DNA from: Promethearchaeota archaeon
Lineage (GTDB): Archaea; Asgardarchaeota; Hermodarchaeia; Hermodarchaeales; Hermodarchaeaceae
DNA length: 30,120 nt
Assembly: GCA_048938295.1 (NCBI GenBank)
Contig: JBHLMI010000012.1
Location: 31,303 to 61,422 of the forward strand
Direction of reading: 5' to 3'
The notes beneath the pieces are model-generated. The model saw nothing but the letters and a program-made list of their open reading frames with translations, made no database searches and was not told the DNA's origin. The position numbers and the translations under genes are program-made. Below are positions 25,487 through 30,120 of this stretch, one piece after another (position 1 is the first letter of the stretch; every line of letters starts with the position of its first letter).

Positions 25487-26263
25487 TCAATCATCAAAGA
25501 TGAAGAATTTCCGGTTACCGAGTAGATAGGCTAGAATTGAATTAAATTCGGTTTCGACAACTTGGCTTGATGTTGAGGCTGTAGCTGGATCGGTTTGCAT
25601 CTCGATGATAATCCATTCATCGAAACTTGCTGGATCGAATGCGTCAAATTCCATGATATCAATTCGGAAGGTCCAGATATGTCTGGGGTCACTGAACCGA
25701 TTCCGTATGAGCCCTTCTTTGAATGGGGTATATAACCGATTTTTTTGCCCTCCAAGTAGAAATCGGGCTTTCTTCATCCCTGAAATATAAGAGATGTTTC
25801 GGGGAACAATTCGTGTTTCTTTGATGAGTGTGGTAGGCATTCCTCCTTCAGGTGTTACCGTTATCATCTGACCGGGGTCTTCAACTGATCCTTTTTTGAT
25901 CACTAAGGTTCGCATTATTTCCTGAACCTGTTCAATGGAAGCCTGTTCAAGAGGGTCCAAGATTTCAGGGTTGAGAATGTCAAGAATTGGAATTGGCTGA
26001 CGAGGACGCATCTGAGTTGGATCGAAGATGACAGCGCCTACTAAATATTCAACATCCACGGGTTTTTCTTTAATCAGTACTTGTCCTTTGACAACACCAG
26101 GACCAACAAACGCAGATCGGACAACTTCACCCTGAAGAAAACTAAACAGCTGTCGAGACGCAATGAGAAGCTCTCCACTGAGGGTGATTTTCTCACCAAG
26201 AATTGTGAAACCTGGGATAACGTAATCTAAAACCCAAAGGAGGGGCGGGTTGTACTCAGTCAT
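25487..26263 (-). CDS. Hypothetical protein (beta-rich)
   Basis: 258-aa ORF, 21 nt downstream of the co-oriented 404-aa gene. Confidence 0.7.
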   Translation of the reverse strand: MTEYNPPLLWVLDYVIPGFTILGEKITLSGELLIASRQLFSFLQGEVVRSAFVGPGVVKGQVLIKEKPVDVEYLVGAVIFDPTQMRPRQPIPILDILNPEILDPLEQASIEQVQEIMRTLVIKKGSVEDPGQMITVTPEGGMPTTLIKETRIVPRNISYISGMKKARFLLGGQKNRLYTPFKEGLIRNRFSDPRHIWTFRIDIMEFDAFDPASFDEWIIIEMQTDPATASTSSQVVETEFNSILAYLLGNRKFFIFDD

Positions 26264-26284
26264 GGAGATTCATCTCGATTGCAC

Positions 26285-27499
26285 CTAGTCTTCCCTTCTG
26301 TTTGATTTTGATCGGAGCTGTGGAATTTTGGCTAATAGGTTCTCAAGGACATAGGCTTCAATTTGAGCCCTGTAGTCCTCTCCCGCAGAATCTCGGATTT
26401 CTCGTAGTTCTTGTCGAACGTCTGTCTTCTTTGAGTGGGTCCAAGAGAATCGACTGTCTAAATCGAAGATGATGGTTTCACCGATTTTATCCAAGGGTGT
26501 GCCTTGTTCGATTAGACTACTCGTGACCGTTGAGATTTTTTCCCGTAAAAAGGAAGCTCGCTCATCAGGAGCCTTCATCGATGCAAGCCACACGTCTCGT
26601 TCCAAGAAATCAAGGGGAGTCTTTAACGGAGGACCCATCCGTGGTTTTGATGGAAAGGGAGAATGAATGAAGCCGCCCTTCGGTTGCTCTTCGAGCGATT
26701 CAAGTGGTGGTGGTGAAACCTCAATGAGAATTTCTCCAGCTGTTTTTATCGAGACTGCTTCCGGTGACCCCTGAACTTCTTTGATTAGGATTTGAATTTC
26801 TCCAAGCACTTTGTTAAGTAAGCGGGATTCTTCTTCATCATCTTCTTGGCTTAGAAATTGTTCATATCGTCGCAACTTTATTAGAAGCGAAGCCCGGGCA
26901 CCGTTAATGGCATCAGAAATATCTGATTCTTTGTACCCAATTAAACCCCCAGCAATTGCCTGAATTGCTAAGTAAATATTAGCACCTTCGTGGTCATTTA
27001 TCCAACGCTCAATCAATGGTTTGAAACAACCTTCATTCATTTTTCTTCTTTGTGCTAAAACGGCCACAACCTGTTCATTTGCTGGTTCGATTTCATCGGC
27101 GATGGTGCGTTCAAGATTCACAAGGTTCCGAAGGTCACCGACTAAAACCTTCCCAAGCTGTCCATAAAGATACTCAACCCATTTTCCTTCTTTTACTGCT
27201 ACCTCGCGTTGATATGTATCAATTTCTGGAACCGGGCTCCCTTGCTTGGCTCTACGATCAAACTCCTGCATTAGAATGCTACAAGAGGGCTTATGGTCTG
27301 GGATTACTCCATCGAGCATCACGCGATATGCTACTCGGGCAACCTCGAGATGAACACAGCATTCATCTGCAATTGCTAGTGCTGCATCGTCAGAAACTCG
27401 TGCGACCTTTTCATCTAGTGTTCCATAGGTTAGATTAAACTCTTCAGCCAAGCGATTGCTTAAACGCCGTATCTCATCTTCGTCGACATTGTAGCTCAT
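26285..27499 (-). CDS. Hypothetical protein (helical, acidic)
   Basis: 404-aa ORF with ATG start and no recognised motif. Confidence 0.75.
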   Translation of the reverse strand: MSYNVDEDEIRRLSNRLAEEFNLTYGTLDEKVARVSDDAALAIADECCVHLEVARVAYRVMLDGVIPDHKPSCSILMQEFDRRAKQGSPVPEIDTYQREVAVKEGKWVEYLYGQLGKVLVGDLRNLVNLERTIADEIEPANEQVVAVLAQRRKMNEGCFKPLIERWINDHEGANIYLAIQAIAGGLIGYKESDISDAINGARASLLIKLRRYEQFLSQEDDEEESRLLNKVLGEIQILIKEVQGSPEAVSIKTAGEILIEVSPPPLESLEEQPKGGFIHSPFPSKPRMGPPLKTPLDFLERDVWLASMKAPDERASFLREKISTVTSSLIEQGTPLDKIGETIIFDLDSRFSWTHSKKTDVRQELREIRDSAGEDYRAQIEAYVLENLLAKIPQLRSKSNRRED

Positions 27500-27696
27500 G
27501 CCCGATCACTCCTCGGTACCACTAATACCGCTTTCAACTCAGTAGCCGTGAGGATACTACAACGTAGTTAAGGCTCGGCTTAAGTGTTATGGCGCGGATT
27601 GATTGAGCCTTATTCGTCTGACGAATATTTGATGCCGTACAGTGGAAATTCTTAAAAAACGGTGCTATCCAAGCGGGCTCAACTAAGGTGACACAA

Positions 27697-28914
27697 ATGC
27701 CCCGAAATATCGCCGTTTCGAAAGCCGTTACACTTCCCATTGAACAACAATCTCTCGAAATCGTTGAACGGAAAGGTAAAGGCCACCCTGATACCATTCT
27801 GGATGCCGTTGTTGAAAATGTTGGCGTAAAGCTCTGCAACTACTACATCGACAATTTTGGTGGAATTCTTCATCACAATGTCGACAAAGGATCTATTGCT
27901 GGTGGGCGTGCCAGAGTTAGCTTCGGGGGTGGCGAATTATTAGAACCAATCTACATTTGTGTGGTAGGTCGAGCAACCACAGAGGTCTTCAAAGACGGAA
28001 AGCTTCTCCGAATTCCGCTTGGAACATTAACCCTTAGTTCAATGAAAAATACCCTAAAGAAAACGCTCCGTTTTCTTGATCCCACAGAGCAAGTGATTAT
28101 GGATTATAGAATCAAGCCAGGTTCTGCCGATCTAACACACGTTTTCGATCATTCAATTGATGACATACCTCGAGCAAATGATACTTCATTTGGTGTCGCG
28201 TTTGCACCTTTCTCGGAAACGGAAACAATTGTTTATAAAACAGAACAGCTTCTGAACTCAGATGCGTTCAAAAAGAAACATCCTGAAGTGGGAGAAGATG
28301 TGAAGGTCATGGGATTACGTACTGATGGCGAGATCAAACTCACAGTCGCCGCTGCTATGATCGCTCATCTAACCCCTGACGCGGACCATTATCATGGAGT
28401 ACTCAAAGATGTAGAGGACGCTGTGTTGGACCAAGCAAAGAAGATTACAGACCGAGAAGTAAGCGTAGTCATTAACTCTGCTGATGATCCTAGGCGAGGG
28501 ATGTATTATCTCACAATCACAGGAACATCCGCAGAGATGGGAGACGATGCAGGAGTCGGTCGAGGAAATCGTGCAAACGGGCTGATCACACCATGTCGAC
28601 CAATGAGTTTGGAGGCTACAGCAGGCAAGAACCCTCAAAACCACGTGGGCAAAATCTACAATGTCTTAGCAGGACGTATGGCAAATCGAATAATCGTTGA
28701 AGAGCCACGAGTCTCTGAAATCGCAATCAAAATACTCTCCCGAATTGGATACCCAATTGATCAACCCCTCATTACCTCAGCTGAGGTAATTCCTGATGAA
28801 AAGGCCTCTTGGAGCGCAGTAGAGAAGAGTGTCACCGCTATCATGGATGCGGAGCTGGAGGATGTCTGCTCAATACAACAATTAATCCTGGATGGAAAGG
28901 CAAGTCTATTCTAA
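27697..28914 (+). CDS. mat: S-adenosylmethionine synthetase, archaeal type
   Basis: [67 protein letters not shown] 27697 follows AAGGTGA; the ORF track start is GTG 27688. Confidence 0.96.
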   Translation: MPRNIAVSKAVTLPIEQQSLEIVERKGKGHPDTILDAVVENVGVKLCNYYIDNFGGILHHNVDKGSIAGGRARVSFGGGELLEPIYICVVGRATTEVFKDGKLLRIPLGTLTLSSMKNTLKKTLRFLDPTEQVIMDYRIKPGSADLTHVFDHSIDDIPRANDTSFGVAFAPFSETETIVYKTEQLLNSDAFKKKHPEVGEDVKVMGLRTDGEIKLTVAAAMIAHLTPDADHYHGVLKDVEDAVLDQAKKITDREVSVVINSADDPRRGMYYLTITGTSAEMGDDAGVGRGNRANGLITPCRPMSLEATAGKNPQNHVGKIYNVLAGRMANRIIVEEPRVSEIAIKILSRIGYPIDQPLITSAEVIPDEKASWSAVEKSVTAIMDAELEDVCSIQQLILDGKASLF

Positions 28915-28946
28915 CGATAAAATACCCAAGTTATCGTTATTCGTTG

Positions 28947-29162
28947 TTAAAGGGCTAGAAATACCAAGAGCAATTGCACACCAAACCCAATGGCAAGGGC
29001 AATCAAAAGAATCGCAAAAAACATCTTCAGCCATGGAGGTTGTCGAGCCTTTTCAACAATATAAACTAGCCAAGTAGAAAGAAGAATACCCAAGACTATG
29101 AGTAAGATGCCATATACATGATACCAGGGAAGGAATAACGACCATTGCATGCTAGGTAACAC
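28947..29162 (-). CDS. Small two-TM membrane protein
   Basis: Two hydrophobic helices separated by EKARQPP; start uncertain (possibly the internal Met of MQWSL). Confidence 0.55.
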   Translation of the reverse strand: MLPSMQWSLFLPWYHVYGILLIVLGILLSTWLVYIVEKARQPPWLKMFFAILLIALAIGFGVQLLLVFLAL

Positions 29163-29242
29163 CTGTGAATATCAGCAGTGAGAGAACAGCCTCACCTTTT
29201 AATTATTTTTGGTCTGGGTGGTCCAGGAGCTAAAGAATGTTG

Positions 29243-29995
29243 TCAAACCGTCATAGAATGTTCCCGAGTGAATTTAGACCCATCGACAACGAGGGCACGA
29301 TGCAGAATCCCGCTTCGTTGAGTCTTCAACCGCAGTTCTTTCGAGCTAATCTTTTTCATTTCTGGTGGGAAAAGCAACTTCTGGATCTCATAATTATTCT
29401 CGATCAGCAGAGAAGAGAAATCTAACGGAATCTCCTCAATGAAGTCGGGAACGAGTTCAGAGAGGAACTTCTGTTCGAACTCCGTCTTAGCAGGAATCTG
29501 AGTGGTTCCAAATTTAAGCCGCTCTTCAAGCCGAGGCTCTTTTTGTGCAGATGGAATTTTAGCCTTTACTTTATGACTCCAACCAAGACTCGTTTTTAAG
29601 TTACAGAAAACGTAAGCATTCGGACCGACCTCGTTGTACAAAGCTTCAACCTGTTTCCTAGAGTATTCGCCGACTAATTTCGATTGGTAAAGGAGGGTTC
29701 GAGGTTTCTTCTTCGACGGTTCTGATTCGAATCCCATGCCCGCTAGCACTTCGTCAAGGGGCTCATAACCGAGAAGGATCCCGGAAACGGATATGGTTTC
29801 CACTGGCACCAAAGTAAGCAGCATCGAAGCAGGGAGATCCTGGTACATGTACGTTGTACGGACCTTGATATTCCCTGCCTTGGTTTTAGTGATTTCGGCA
29901 GCAGGTCCTGGATACTCTCCTCGTCCATATCGCAGGAAGGCACGATGCACGGACTCATCTACCATACCTTTCAAAATCTTCGTTGTGAAATGCAT
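29243..29995 (-). CDS. Conserved archaeal hypothetical protein
   Basis: 250-aa ORF. The N-terminus FTTKILKGMVDESVHRAFLRYGRGEY and C-terminal RLKTQRSGILHR..VDG resemble an uncharacterised archaeal family (from memory, not verified). Confidence 0.75.
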   Translation of the reverse strand: MHFTTKILKGMVDESVHRAFLRYGRGEYPGPAAEITKTKAGNIKVRTTYMYQDLPASMLLTLVPVETISVSGILLGYEPLDEVLAGMGFESEPSKKKPRTLLYQSKLVGEYSRKQVEALYNEVGPNAYVFCNLKTSLGWSHKVKAKIPSAQKEPRLEERLKFGTTQIPAKTEFEQKFLSELVPDFIEEIPLDFSSLLIENNYEIQKLLFPPEMKKISSKELRLKTQRSGILHRALVVDGSKFTREHSMTV

Positions 29996-30120
29996 CTACT
30001 CGCACCACGTCAAGATAACACAAGGAGTTCAAAAATCATTAGGTAGGAGAGCATCCCATAGAGATAGTTTTTTACTAAGAGAAAACCCTCAGTTTATCAA
30101 ATAGCTCAACGAGGCTCCAG

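Noticed and set aside
27500-27696. SAM riboswitch upstream of mat (AAGGCTC/GAGCCTT and ACTAC/GTAGT hairpins)
   Set aside because: No SAM-I, -II or -III consensus is visible, and the arms are short.
1-30120. Mobile elements, CRISPR arrays, defence systems, selenoprotein readthrough
   Set aside because: No transposase, integrase, repeat-spacer array or interrupted long ORF was seen; the other short ORFs in the track are antisense or overlapping shadows.

Overview
Archaeal chromosomal window with densely packed housekeeping genes. No integrase, transposase, CRISPR array or rRNA was seen. The lineage is probably Asgard-like; this is an inference from two roadblock/LC7 genes, an Rpn11-like JAMM protease and a small CxxC/HxxH protein, alongside archaeal markers (PoK/PPS, archaeal MAT, Tes, Cdc6/Orc1, a BHB-intron tRNA). 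Recognisable content: a tRNA-Gln(CUG) with two introns, prs, hypB, a coenzyme A cluster (ECF S component, two divergent pantoate-kinase paralogs, PPS, panE, panB, coaBC), an AIR-synthase-like gene, a nitrilase, ino1, a CdrS-like ribbon-helix-helix (RHH) regulator divergent from tetraether synthase (tes), DUF99, a degenerate Cdc6/Orc1, an archaeal Ski2-like helicase and SAM synthetase. The best leads are: (1) an unannotated intergenic copy of the Ino1 C-terminal 16 codons, conserved at protein level; (2) triple repeats over the RHH start and a 9-bp palindrome around the tes promoter, suggesting a regulated lipid locus; (3) a pantoate-kinase paralog with a remodelled pocket next to an ECF S gene; (4) a tail-anchored JAMM protease; (5) a probable pseudo-ATPase Cdc6/Orc1; (6) a tandem pair of membrane proteins with SHOCT-like tails. 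All family calls come from motif recognition by eye; no database search was run.
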